The position numbers were made by a program, and so were the translations under genes. The notes beneath the pieces were generated by a model, which ran no database searches, was not told the DNA's origin, and was given only the letters and a program-made list of their open reading frames with translations. A stretch of 64,000 nucleotides of DNA, taken from the NCBI RefSeq assembly GCF_016432865.1, contig NC_067401.1, forward strand, positions 283,154,001-283,218,000, in the 5' to 3' direction. Shown here piece after piece: positions 49,901 through 62,177 of the stretch. The stretch's first letter is position 1. Every line of letters begins with the position of its first letter. Source of the DNA: Antechinus flavipes (Eukaryota).

Positions 49901-51293
49901 ATGATGGGTAAATTTTCCGATTTTTACAAACTATCTGTATAAGGACTTTGGACAAATTGTCTGATTTGTTCTTTTCAATGTCATTTGACTAGTAATAGAC
50001 ATGAAGGAAAGTATCTAGTTCCATAGGCCCAAACAGAAGCATTTACTTAAGTCACCAAAGAAGCATTATAAAAAAGAAAACTATAAACAATTCTTACATT
50101 TTTTTTCTCTATGTCAATCAATTCAAGTTAAGAATTTAGTCAATTCTAAAAATCAAAGTTGTGGGGGGGGGTATGAAGTAGTTGGGGGGGGGGTGAAAAA
50201 TACCGGTAACTCAGCAGAATGTTGTAAGTGACTACTCACAGATGAGTTCTTTTGAATAGTGATGAATTGCTTCCTGATTTGTGGTTGGTGATTCTACCCT
50301 ACTCAAAAGAAATTTACCATCAAGGAGGAACTGGCGTAATGTGTTTCTTTACCAAAGCCTTTTAAAAATATGGGCTATAGTAGATTTTCAGTCATTTCCT
50401 TATCGCAGGATCTTGGGTGGGGGAGGGGCAGAGGGCACATAAAATTATGTCTCCTTGCCAGATCCATAAGAGAATTGCTAATGAGGACTCTTGCCACTTC
50501 TATAGAGAGAAGCAGACTGGCTGTCCTATTGCACGTTTAGAGAAAAACAATTATATGAAAGCTATTTCTCTTGTCAGGGAACAGGAAACTATGATGTACT
50601 CCATCAGGAATTAGTAGCCTATAATACAATGAATTTATAGTTTTTCAACCCTTTGAGGAACAAGATTTTGTTTTCCCAAAGCTAAATATGTCATTCCTCA
50701 AAAATGACATTGATGTTAATGCTTTAATGGGTAAGAAGAGTGAAGAGAAACAACAGGCTGGAATAGTCAATCTGTTTCTTTATATTCTTGACTATAACAG
50801 GGGATCTAAATCTGGGGTCTCTGAACATATTTTTATATAACTGAATTTTAAATAATTGATTTCCTTTTGCCATCCTATATATTTTATTTTGTGCATTTAA
50901 AAACAATATTCTTATGATGATAAGGCCTCACCAGATAGTCAAAAAAATCCACGACAAAAAAAGTTAAGAATATCTATTATAAATTATGTGGTTCTTATCC
51001 TAAGAAAGAACTAGTTTCTTTTCTTTGTGACTTTGACTCTTCCCACTCAAACTGAACAAAGGTCCCTAATTCAACAAGTAAAAATAATTTTAAAATGGCA
51101 TCTCATCACTGGAGTTTGGGGAAATAAAATTTTATTCAAATGATGAGAGAGTTTGGTATTGCTCTCTATTTGTTTATTTTTTGTTTTGTTTTCCCTTATT
51201 GTGCTTTCCTTTCATGAAAAACCAATTTAGCTGAAAAAGGATTGCTGTTTTGAAATGTAGGTCATAAATTGTCTTGCATTCTTTCTCTTTTAG

Positions 51294-51593
<300 letters not shown>

Positions 51594-52699
51594 TAGTTTG
51601 AGTAAATGTGTCTGTCTTCTGGGGGGAGGGAAAGAGAAGGGGAGAAAGCCTGTAGGTGGACGAAAAAGAGATAACATGGACTATACTTGACTTTAATTTT
51701 TGCAACTCATAAGAGCTTCCTGATAAAATGAAACAGTTGCTACTTGCTTCCAGAATAAATTCATTTGCATTTCTCTGCAAGGAAGGAGTAATGAGTCATT
51801 AAATCTTTCATCTTCAAATATGCTTGAATTCTTACTAAAACTTTAATATATTGGATAAACTGAAATCAATGAATTATATAATCCTGAAAACAATTTTTTT
51901 TTTCATTTGGAAAGGTTGACAAAGGTAGAGAAGGGGGAAGGAAAAGGAATAGTTCTTTAAATGAATATAATGTAATTCAGAATCTGGGTTTCAATTCATA
52001 GTTTATTGGAATGTATACATTTTTACAATCACATACATTCCTTAGAATATTTCCATAAAGTCTCTGAAGCCTGACCTAGAGTATTTAGATAAAAGATGTG
52101 TCTGGGCATACCCTGAATCATTGGGGGAAAAATTCATCCTTTCCTCAGTGTACCACCATTAGTTTTGTGATTTCAGTTTCTCACACTTAGAAAGACTCAC
52201 AACTTTTTCTTGAAAGAAATGCTGTGATGATTCAGATGGAAATCTTTTTCTTAAAATTCTTGTAAGGAAAAAGTCACTATGACTAAAAAGTATTTATTAA
52301 TTACTGATCTATAGAATATTTATTAGGTTCCTTTAAAAAAATTCATTTCATTTTTTTAGTCTTATCTTAAGTGTAAACCACAATGTATATAGTGTTAAGG
52401 AAGCCTATGAATTAGAAAATCTTCTCTCCGGTTGTTCTGTTTTCTCACATAAGAATTTTTTCTTTTCCTTGATGTTTTCTCATTGATTTTCTCACTAACA
52501 TTCTTGTTTCCTATTTAAAAAATTTTTATTTCCACTGTGAACAAAGAATGGTATTTGTATTGTTTTTCCAAAATATAAGCGATGTGTTTATATTTTTAAT
52601 CCAAAAAATATTTAATTGCTCAAAGTATATTTACACATATATACCCATTATGTGTGTATGTATGTATGTGCTCGTGTGCGCACACGCGCACTACCAGCT

Positions 52700-52710
52700 T
52701 TTCCTAGAAA
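52700..52710. promoter_or_regulatory. BCL6/STAT-type motif TTTCCTAGAAA in intron 3
   Basis: Matches the BCL6 core TTCCTAGAA; BCL6 repression of PRDM1 through intronic elements is established. Confidence 0.5.
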
Positions 52711-52834
52711 AAAAGTGGGTGGGTTCATTTCAGTTTATTGCCAGTAAGTCCCTCTTCAGTTAAAAGCAAGCCATGGAGGTGTATAATTTCCTGGAGAGTG
52801 ACTAAGTCTTCAATTAAGACCATCCAATGTATAA

Positions 52835-52865
<31 letters not shown>

Positions 52866-53187
52866 GGTACAAAGCTGTATTGAAAAAGGCAACAACAGCA
52901 CCTTAGTTCTTGTATCTCTCTGAAAATTCTCTTAGTCAATCAGCTTCAATTGTCCCCTGAAGATGTTCTTTCTAGCTAAGAATTTGGATCAGTCTCACCC
53001 ATGAAAAGGAAATTATCGGAGATAAACTTCCCACATATTATAAAAACTGTCCTGCTTTTGCTGGCAGGGATAGGAACATCTGCTCTATGAAGAAAAAAAA
53101 GTTCCATGCAAATTACATAGTCAAAGAGGAGAAGGGATGTTCGAGTTGAGTAAACCACAGAGTGACATTATTTCTTGTAACCGAACT

Positions 53188-53198
53188 GTGAGTCAGCA
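53188..53198. promoter_or_regulatory. MARE/ARE (BACH2-MAF/NF-E2-type) motif GTGAGTCAGCA
   Basis: Full RTGASTCAGCA match in a repeat-free part of intron 3. Confidence 0.5.
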
Positions 53199-53436
53199 CA
53201 TTTTTAATCTTCATGATAATATATGGAAACACGAGATAGGGAAAGGCATTCATTTTAGCGTTTGCTTTTATTTTATATTTTTGTGGGTGTGAGCCTGTGA
53301 CTTCATGGCATCATCATCTCCCTTTTTAAACAAGGGTACAGTAAATTGGGGAAAGCTGACTGGAAGGTGCATCGCCCTTAGCTTTAGAAAGCAGCTTCCG
53401 CCCAAAGCAAAGAGTGCAGAGCAATGGAACCCCATG

Positions 53437-53445
53437 TTCCTGGAA
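53437..53445. promoter_or_regulatory. GAS/STAT motif TTCCTGGAA
   Basis: TTCN3GAA match in intron 3. Confidence 0.4.
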
Positions 53446-54444
53446 GTTTGCACATCAGAGTAAACAAACTTGAAGACTCCTCTTGATAGCAGAATTCAAC
53501 CAGCCCTGTTCCATTTTCTCATAACAAAACACACCGCAAAATCTCTCACAAGCTTCTTTGATGAAGCCACATGTATTTCCCCCTTCACAATTTACAGGAA
53601 GTTACTCTTAAAAGAAAGTGATTCTGGTGTTTACTGCCTGTGTTAAAGGGACAGAGTTCCCTTTTTATTTTTTGATAGCGTTGGAGAGACATAAAAAAGG
53701 CTTTTTAGTCAGTCAGGGTGTGTGAGTAAGAATCAAGCCAATAGTTTGCTTTCCCCATGGATACTCTTGGACTGTGAACAGGATGAGGCTTCCTGGAGAC
53801 CACACACTACAGATCATCAGGTATTAGTTGCCAAAGAAAATCAGGTGAGATGAGGGAGAAGAATGGGGCATCTTTTAATAGGAATGTTCTATGGAAAGAT
53901 GAGAGCTTTAGGTAGAAGGTTTGAGTTTCTTATTATTCATAACTATTTTTTATTTCATTTACAATACATTTATTAAACTACCCTGCCTGATTCTGGAAAA
54001 AGCTCTTAATTTTTCATCCTACTTTTCCATTAATAAACCACATTTTTTTTTTCTTCTCCAGCCGATGGGCAGAAGTGTATAGTGATTTTATACTACCCCT
54101 TATAAAAGTAATACGGCTTCCTTTTTTCCTTCCTCTCCCTCCCCCCCCCCCTTTTTTTGTTTTAAAGAAAAGTACAGGTCCTAACATGTCCATTGAGAGG
54201 AAAAGTGACTTCTCAGTAGTAGACTGTCAAATTTTGGCCTCTGTCCAGGTCTTCACTTTGTTATGGCAGGTGAAGTTCACCTTTGCCCCACCCAGTGTTT
54301 CCACAAAAAGGCAAGGTTCCAAGTATTCATATGAGCAAGTGTTACTTTAGGACTTGTGGGGGGGTGGAGGATGTTTGCATAGTTTAAACCTCTGGGCGGG
54401 GGTGGTTGGAAACTGCAAGTAAAAAGAGGCCCATAGAAAAAGCT

Positions 54445-54802
54445 AAGAACAGAACCTGGAGAATGTTGTATACAGTAACAACGATATTGTTCAATGAAGA
54501 ACTATGAATGACTTAGCTATTCTCAACAGTACAATAATCCAAGACTATCCCAAAGGACTAATAGTGAAACATACTATCTGCTTGCAGAGAAAGAACTGAT
54601 GTCTGAATTCATGCTATTTTCCCCTTTCTTCCAGTTTTTTTCTCTTTTTTCAAATCTTGTATAAAAATGACTAGTATGGAAATGTTTTACATAATTGCAT
54701 ATGTAGAGCTTATATCTGATAGGGAGCCAGGAGAAAGGGATAGAATTTATAACTCAAAACTTTAAATAAAAATGTAAAAAAATTGAAGAAAAAAAGGAAG
54801 AA
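54445..54802 (+). mobile_element. 5'-truncated L1 3' end in intron 3 with 10-bp TSD
   Basis: L1 ORF2-end/3'UTR motifs (AGAACCTGGAGAATGTTGTATACAGTAACAAC), AATAAA at 54765, A-rich tail, TSD AGAAAAAGCT at 54435-54444 and 54803-54812. Confidence 0.8.
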
Positions 54803-54819
54803 AGAAAAAGCTGAGACTC

Positions 54820-55028
54820 GCATTTGACATAGCCTGCTTTTATACCTAGGTGACTCAAAAGTCAGCACACAATCAGAACTGGAGTTAGTCTATTACTCAT
54901 TTGCCATTCTAACACTTTTAAGAGCGCTCTGAAGTTTTTTCAGAGTCAGAAGCAGCCCAGCCTTTTCCTTACGTGAAACTGTTTTTCAGTCTTTTTTTTT
55001 TCCCCTTCAGCATTACAAATTGAACAAA
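54820..55028 (+). promoter_or_regulatory. PRDM1: Putative PRDM1-beta internal promoter / exon 1-beta 5'UTR
   Basis: AP-1 site TGACTCA at 54851-54857; no upstream ATG in ~54890-55028; lies just upstream of exon 4, where the human beta promoter is located. Confidence 0.55.
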
Positions 55029-55037
55029 ATGAAAAAG
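55029..55037 (+). CDS. PRDM1: Putative exon 1-beta coding part (Met-Lys-Lys) of a PR-truncated PRDM1-beta isoform
   Basis: ATG AAA AAG then donor GTAAAG, phase 0 with exon 4 (IYSNG...); parallels the human beta N-terminus Met-Glu-Lys. Confidence 0.65.
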
Positions 55038-55264
55038 GTAAAGAGAGAAATGCCACTTCTCACTAGTAACTCCCTTATTTCTGCTAAATCTAGAATGCTC
55101 TGATTTTTTATTTAACTTTGTAACTCGAGAGAGAGAAGGGAAAGCATACATTCTCTTTACCTCCGTCTCCATTCTTGTGTTGTGCCGAAAGAAGAGAATA
55201 AAAATAAGCCTCTGTCATTTCAGGAATTTTTTTTTCAATGGTCTTGTCTTCTGTTTTCCTCCAG

Positions 55265-55517
55265 ATCTATTCTAATGGGGAGCTTCACCACTTCATCGAT
55301 GGCTTTAATGAGGAAAAAAGCAACTGGATGCGTTATGTGAACCCTGCTCACTCTGTTCAGGAACAGAATTTGGCTGCGTGTCAGAATGGAATGAACATCT
55401 ATTTCTACACTATTAAGCCAATCCCTGCCAACCAGGAACTTCTTGTGTGGTATTGTCGGGACTTTGCAGAAAGACTCCACTATCCTTCCTCCGGAGAGCT
55501 GATGAAGATGAATCTCA
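55265..55517 (+). CDS. PRDM1: PRDM1 exon 4 ([13 protein letters not shown]...SNWMRYVN...ELLVWY...MKMNL), PR/SET domain C-terminal half
   Basis: TTCCTCCAG acceptor, GTAAGT donor, 253 nt; NWMRYVN and ELLVWY PR-domain signatures. Confidence 0.98.
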
Positions 55518-58500
55518 GTAAGTGGATTACAATTATAAATTAAAAAAAAAAAAGAATGCTAGTAATGTCTATTCTGTCTGTACAATCTGATAATATGGTG
55601 GTTAATTACATGGCTGTATCAGCTGCTGTGCCAGGGTAGGGAGTTTGGACCAGAAAAAGAGGAATTGCTTTCTTTTTCTTCTCTTCTCTTCTTTTTAAGT
55701 TCCATTTGCCCATTAAGGTAGAGTTTTTTTAAAAAATTAAACATTACTTTTTGAGATCTGAATTTATAAAACTGTAGGAGAAAAATGATTTAAAATTGGC
55801 AGCATTTTAAAAAAATATGGCTAGTACCAAGAGACTTGAAGCCATTGAACAAATCAGTTACTGTTGCCTAATTGTGCTGCTTAGAAATGGATCTTATTAT
55901 ACCATTTTATATATATATATAATATATATATAATTGCTTACTATGAAACTAGCATCTGCCAAGAAATTGCATAAGAATAAATACTCTAAGATATTCCATG
56001 CTTTTTCTACAAACAATAAGCAATTAGTTGTCTCCTGAAAGACCATTCTAAGTAGATGTTCTGAAGATTTCATATCTAACTTCCTTCCTTATGATAAAAT
56101 CTAATTATCTGAACTCTTAATTTGTTTGACAGTAGCTGCATATCACTTTATCTAACAAATTCTCAGTTCCTCTGTCAGGTTTATAGGCTTTCACTTTTTT
56201 ATTTAGGTAAAATTATCTGGCCTGGACCCAGTGACCCCCTTCTGCCGGTAGTAGCTACAAAAAGTCTTATTTATGTATGTAATTTGGTCCATTCTTAGGT
56301 GTTGTAACAATAAGTCAGAAAATTCTAATCTTTTGTTGTTGATAAAACCCACAGAAATCTGTTATTTTTAAATAGCAAAATATTTGTCATTTTGCTCCCT
56401 AAACCAGACAAAACCAGTTAATTTTAAGGATAGATCCTATCTTTGAGTCATTTGGATTTAAGTATTAATTTTATTTTTTTAAATGAGAAATAATGACAAA
56501 ATAACACAGTATAGCTTTCTTTCATATGGAGGAATTGATGTATCTAGATGAAAATCCTGGCTTTGGCCCTCCTAGCTGTGTGACCTTTCTGGCCCTCAGT
56601 TTCCTCATCATTTAATATAGGAAGTTAACATATATTCCATCTCTCACTAAATAATCCTATGAAATCTTATTCTTGGCCCTGGGACATGTGCACCAACTAG
56701 CTAATTCTGATTCTCATTAGAAATGAATTACTAACTTATCTACTGCTTCAGAAGTATAATTTCTGACCAGTGTGAGTGTGTCAATATAATTCTCGAGAAT
56801 GTATAAAACTAGGCTGCTCTTTGGAATACAAAAGTTTAAAGCATCTCCATGTTACTTGTAAGAATACACCCACTCATTTAGATAGGTCTTGTGTGAGATT
56901 CAGTTTGTCATGGTCCTTTTTTTTCCAGGTAGGCTAGGATAGAATGTTCAGAAATAATTCTGTTCTCAACATCGAACCCCCGAGGAGTAATTTAGCTCTG
57001 CTTGTTCTTCTACCAATTACCCAGAATTAATTTCTTACTCTTTGCCATTGTGTAATCATTTAACCTTTGTAAGCATTTCACATACAATATAGCATCCTCT
57101 TATTTCAATGGGCAAGAGTGAGTACATTTCAAATAGTTTGGATGGAAATACCAGTAGGATTCCTGGAGCTTTGTAATCATTGCTTAAGTCAGAGAAGTTC
57201 TAATGACTTAAAAAATAGCCCACTAGGCCTCTTTGTGAGTCATTGGTTCTTTTGCTTGTGCTTTTCTTCCCTATTTGCCAAGTGAGAAAGTCTTCCTCTA
57301 AACTAAAATTATTTTCTCTTGCATCCTAAAATTGGCAAGATATATATAGCATTTCCAGATTCCTGTATCAAAAAACATCATTTTGATAGAAATGTCATGA
57401 CTGCCTCTCAAATAAGACCTTTTATTTAAGTAGATCCTTTTTCTCTCAGTCCTTCCATACAATGGGAAAATAACATTTCCAGATGTAACTAACTTTCCAT
57501 TAAGTTTCAGGGTAGATTCTGCTTAGTAGTTTTTGAACTGTAACAACTAGTCACCCTCAGCAGAGGGTTCTTATTGCCTCTTGTGAAATCAGTTGTCTTA
57601 GGTGTGGTGGTTGATGATTGAGACTGTTGATCAGGAAAATTTCCACTATTTCATCAGTCCTAATAAGTAGATTATGCCTCAGACTAGTGAGCTGTATTCA
57701 TTTTCCACACTTACAAAGCACAATACAAATCTGTGCCAGATTCCCACTGAGGGACTTGTATGATATTAGTGAATGATTATAATGGTTTAATTAATAGAGA
57801 TAACAGAAAAAAGAGCTTTGATAAGTAACAGCTAAATTTTAAGTTATTGTATACATTTTTTTCCTTTTTAGAAGAGAGAATATGATTTTAAATGTGAATC
57901 AGAATGTAAATTTATTTATGCCCCTCCTCTTTTCTCTGCTGGAGGGAAGTTATTTGGCATACACACAAAAGAAGAGACATAGATCCATCTAGAAAACAGA
58001 TGACCAAATTATAGACTTCTAAATGTTAGTTTGCTTTCTCAGTTTCAGTTGAAAACATGCTTTATTTTACCTTCTGTAGAACTTCTAGGTTCTCTTGCTT
58101 CTAACCTTAGAAGCTCTTATTATAGACTGAAAATGTGAATCGGCATAATTAAGCCATTGAAGGCCTTCAGGAGCATTTTACTCTTGAAATGACTCTGTCC
58201 GCCTACAGCCATTTAAGATTTAAGAACAAAACATCTTTTTTTTTTTAATTCTTTTTTTTAATGTTAAGTTGTTACTGAGTGGAAGAATTAGAAATAACAG
58301 AACTACTGATTACTCAGCAGGTGCTGAAGAATAATTTACTATGTATAAATACTCAACATTTTTTTAAAATTCTCCCCTCAAAAAATACTCTCTTAGAACA
58401 TTCTAATTAGGCTCTTGTCCTAAGTTGAAGCAACCTTTTCTAGGTCTGCTTTTCTAAAGTTCTAAAGGTGATAAATATTAGTAACTTTGGGGTTTGGAAA

Positions 58501-60968
58501 CCAAAGATAGTAAAAAAAAATTAATCCAGTCTTACATATTATTTCTGAACTATCAAAATTCTTTGTGAGGGTTCTTTTTTTTTTCTTCTTTTTTTTTTTT
58601 TTGGCTAAAATAGTTTGCAAACTATTTGAATTGTTTTTTGCTAAATAATTTTGCTAAATTGTTTGCTAAAACAATTTGGAAAAATTGTTGTAATTAGTAG
58701 GCATCCATCATGTGCTCCATAGAATAGCAATATCAGAAAATAATTCTTCACAAAGGAATATGTTTCATTTATGTTTTTCATGTTTGAAATTGACTCACTA
58801 TGGAATCTGATTTTCTTTCAAGGATTATGGATAAAGCATAATTTCTTTCACCTGCTTGATAGTCATGAAACTAGTTTTGTTTTAATTTATTAGTAATGAT
58901 AAGTACTCAGTATTAATTAAAGAAATAAAAGGAAAGTAAATGCCATGAAAACTTGGAAGTACTATGGACTCTTTCATCTGACATCTTGATTTAGTTATTT
59001 CCATGTTGAAATTGATCAAGAAGACTTTTTGAAATCAGTGAAAAAAATCATTGTGATTAAATTTGATCTCTCAAGTGAAGTTATTAGATTATTATATCTG
59101 TATCTTCATTTTGTTAATGGGAGGTTGAGGAGAGCTGAATTAAATAGGGGGGAGAGGGAAGTGAGGTAGCCTTCTCTAAAGACTTTTCCCACCTAGCATT
59201 CCACTTCATCTTAGTTAAATTCCTTTCCCTAGCAATAAGGAGGCTCCCCTATCAGTTTTCCAGGTTAGCTGTCTCTCTCTTCCTCTACCATTTTAGCTTT
59301 AAAAAACAAAAGTGACAATTTGAACTTCCTGCCTCCCGGGCCCCACTGAAAGACTGAGATTGGTCTGATAAGATGATATTTATTTTGGTCTAGTGGCTTC
59401 AGAAACCCTTGTCCTTCCACAGGCTTCCTATCAATCCCCACTGATCAGCACCTTTCCTGATAAGGGTCCTTCTCCCTGTTTATTCTGGGCTGCCTGCTCA
59501 GTAAGAAGCAACTGATAATAGCTGACCGAGATAACATTCTCTGAGGGATTCTTAAGATGGAAGAGAATTTTTCTTAAGCATGGTGACCTGTAGTGTACTG
59601 ATTTAGAAACTAAAGTTTCTAGTTTTCCATATCATTAATTTCTGCACCCACCAGATTTTCATGGATGACTTGACTTTTTTCTTCAGATAAATTTTTAAAT
59701 TATTTTCTCAAATGTTTCTTTAGTTAACATTTTTTTGAAAACTTATCCTTTTGAAAGATTGTTTGAAAAATGATGCCCGATCAGTTGTCATCAAATTCTA
59801 TCTACTTTTACACTCTGGAAAATTAGACTGAAGCACATCCAAATCTCCCTGTTGCTCTCAGAGATCATTTTCTTTTCTTTGTTTTATACATTCTAGTTTA
59901 TTTCTTTCCACATCATAATCTACTATGTGGATGGTAGTACAATATTGGCAATGGGTTGTCAGGTATCCAGAGCTCAAATGAGAGATTTCTAGATGTAGAT
60001 TTTCTCATATTTTGGGTCTGATACAAGTTGAGACAGAGTCCTATGACTTTGATTTTCTTTGTCTTGACCTATATTTAGTCTACGTTGTCCTTCACAGGAG
60101 TTTTGTATTTTCTAACTGTTCTTCCTTGTTGTTCATATTCTTAAATAGTATATTTACTAAGTAATGCTATGCTTACCTAGTATAGAATACGCTCTCTCTC
60201 TTAGGGAAAAAAAAGGCTTTCATTCGAACTGCTTATGTTTTCTTTGGGACTATAAGTAATTGAACTGGCTGGTGGAGCACATGTTGTGGTTTGGCAAAGG
60301 TTAATCTGTCACGCCTTATGATTCCAGGGGACAACATTTTTGGGAGCCAAATTTTACTGGGTAAAATCTGGCTAAATTTTTGCATTGTGAACAAGTGATT
60401 TGAGGAGGACGTTGACTGGAGTTTTTCCTCTAGCTTACTATTCACCTACACGTAGGCATTTATAATTAAGTTTAATCAAATTCATATTAAAAATTCAATT
60501 TTTTTTTAAAATTGAGGGTAAAAATTAATGACTGATACTATTCAAAACAGCTTTAATCTGACCAATCTAACTCATGGTACATGCTGATTTCCTTTATGTG
60601 AACTGTGAACATCAGTATGACTATTTTATTAGCTTCTGACACCTCATGGTATTTTTCCACCCCATTTTAATAGAAGCTATCTGTTCTGGCAAGTTTGATC
60701 TTTTGCTTGAATAGCACTTTTCATGTTCTATGTTCTTTACCAATGGAAACAAAATAAACCAAACAATAACCCTCTTATGTAGATAAGTATTCTTTCTTTC
60801 CCCATTTTGAAGGGGAAAGAAATGAGATATAGTTAAGTTTTTGATAGTCTGCCTGGAACCTTACAGAGGGGATAACCAAAACCCCTGAATGAGTATCATG
60901 ATCATTTATCCTTGGTTTATGGGTCATCCCTCTCTCCTTTGATTCAGTTGTCTCAAGCAAGCTGTTTA

Positions 60969-61001
60969 ACACACACACATACACACACACACACACACAC
61001 A
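60969..61001. repeat. (CA)n microsatellite in intron 4
   Basis: Direct reading; ~90 nt upstream of the exon 5 acceptor. Confidence 0.95.
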
Positions 61002-61092
61002 AGATCTCAAAATAGAGATATTCTCTACTCTTTGGCAGGGGTGTGCCATTTTCTCACATCACTTCAAGTAACGATATTCTTCTTTATTTCAG

Positions 61093-62177
61093 CCCAAACA
61101 CACATCAGTCCAAAGCAACAAAGCACTGAGAAAAATGAACTTTGTCCCAAAAGTGTCCCAAAGAGAGAGCATAGTGTGAAAGAAATTCTGAAAACTGATT
61201 CCAGCCATTCAAAAGCAAAGAGCTTCTTCCATCCTAACATTTCACCCATCACTCCAGAAAAGGACATGGATGACTTCAGGAAAAACTGCAGTCCTGAAAG
61301 GCCTATATGCCCTCGTGTTATCTACCCAATCCGAGTTCCCAATGCAGAAGACTTGTTGAAAGCTTCTCTGACCTATCGGATGGAGAGACCTACTTACATC
61401 ACTCACTCCCCCATCCCATCATCTACCACTCCTAGCCCTTCAGCAATAAGCAGCCCAGACCAAAGCTTGAAAAGCTCCAGCCCTCATGGTAGCTTGGGAG
61501 ACACAGTTTCACCTTTGGCTCCCATTTCTCAAGAACATCGAGAATCTTACCCTTACTTGAATACACACTATGGCACAGAAGGACTGGGGTCTTACCCTGG
61601 CTATCTACCACCCAGTCATCTTCCTCCAGCTTTCTTCCCTTCTTATAATACTCATTATCCCAAGTTACTTTTACCTCCATATGGTATGAGCTGTAATAGC
61701 CTGAGTACTGTGAACAACATAAATGGCATCAATAACTTCAATCTCTTCCCAAGGTTATATCCAGTCTATGGTAACTTGCCTCATCCCATGTTCAACTCGG
61801 CTACTCTTCCAAATTCATTGCCCTCCGAAGGATCCCGGAGATTGTTGCAACCAGAGCACCCCAGAGATGTTCTTGTACCTGCACCCCATAGTGCCTTTTC
61901 TATCACCAGCGCAGCCACCAGCATGAAAGACAAGCCATGTAGTCCAACGAGTGGGTCCCCAACTGCTGGGGACACATCTGAACATATGATACAACCTAAA
62001 GCTACCTCAACAATATTGGCTGCCAACAGCAGTGAAGAAGCCATAAATCTCATTAAAAGTAAAAGAAATATGACTGGTTACAAAACACTTCCATATCCAC
62101 TGAAGAAACAGAATGGAAAAATTAAGTACGAGTGTAATGTTTGTTCCAAGACTTTTGGGCAGCTCTCAAATCTGAAG
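61093..62177 (+). CDS. PRDM1: PRDM1 exon 5 (Pro/Ser-rich repression region to first zinc finger ...[17 protein letters not shown])
   Basis: TATTTCAG acceptor, GTAGGT donor, 1085 nt, phase-compatible with exons 4 and 6; contains [19 protein letters not shown]. Confidence 0.97.

Noticed and set aside
57634-57644. kB-like GGAAAATTTCC in intron 4
   Set aside because: Non-canonical 11-mer standing alone; could be chance.
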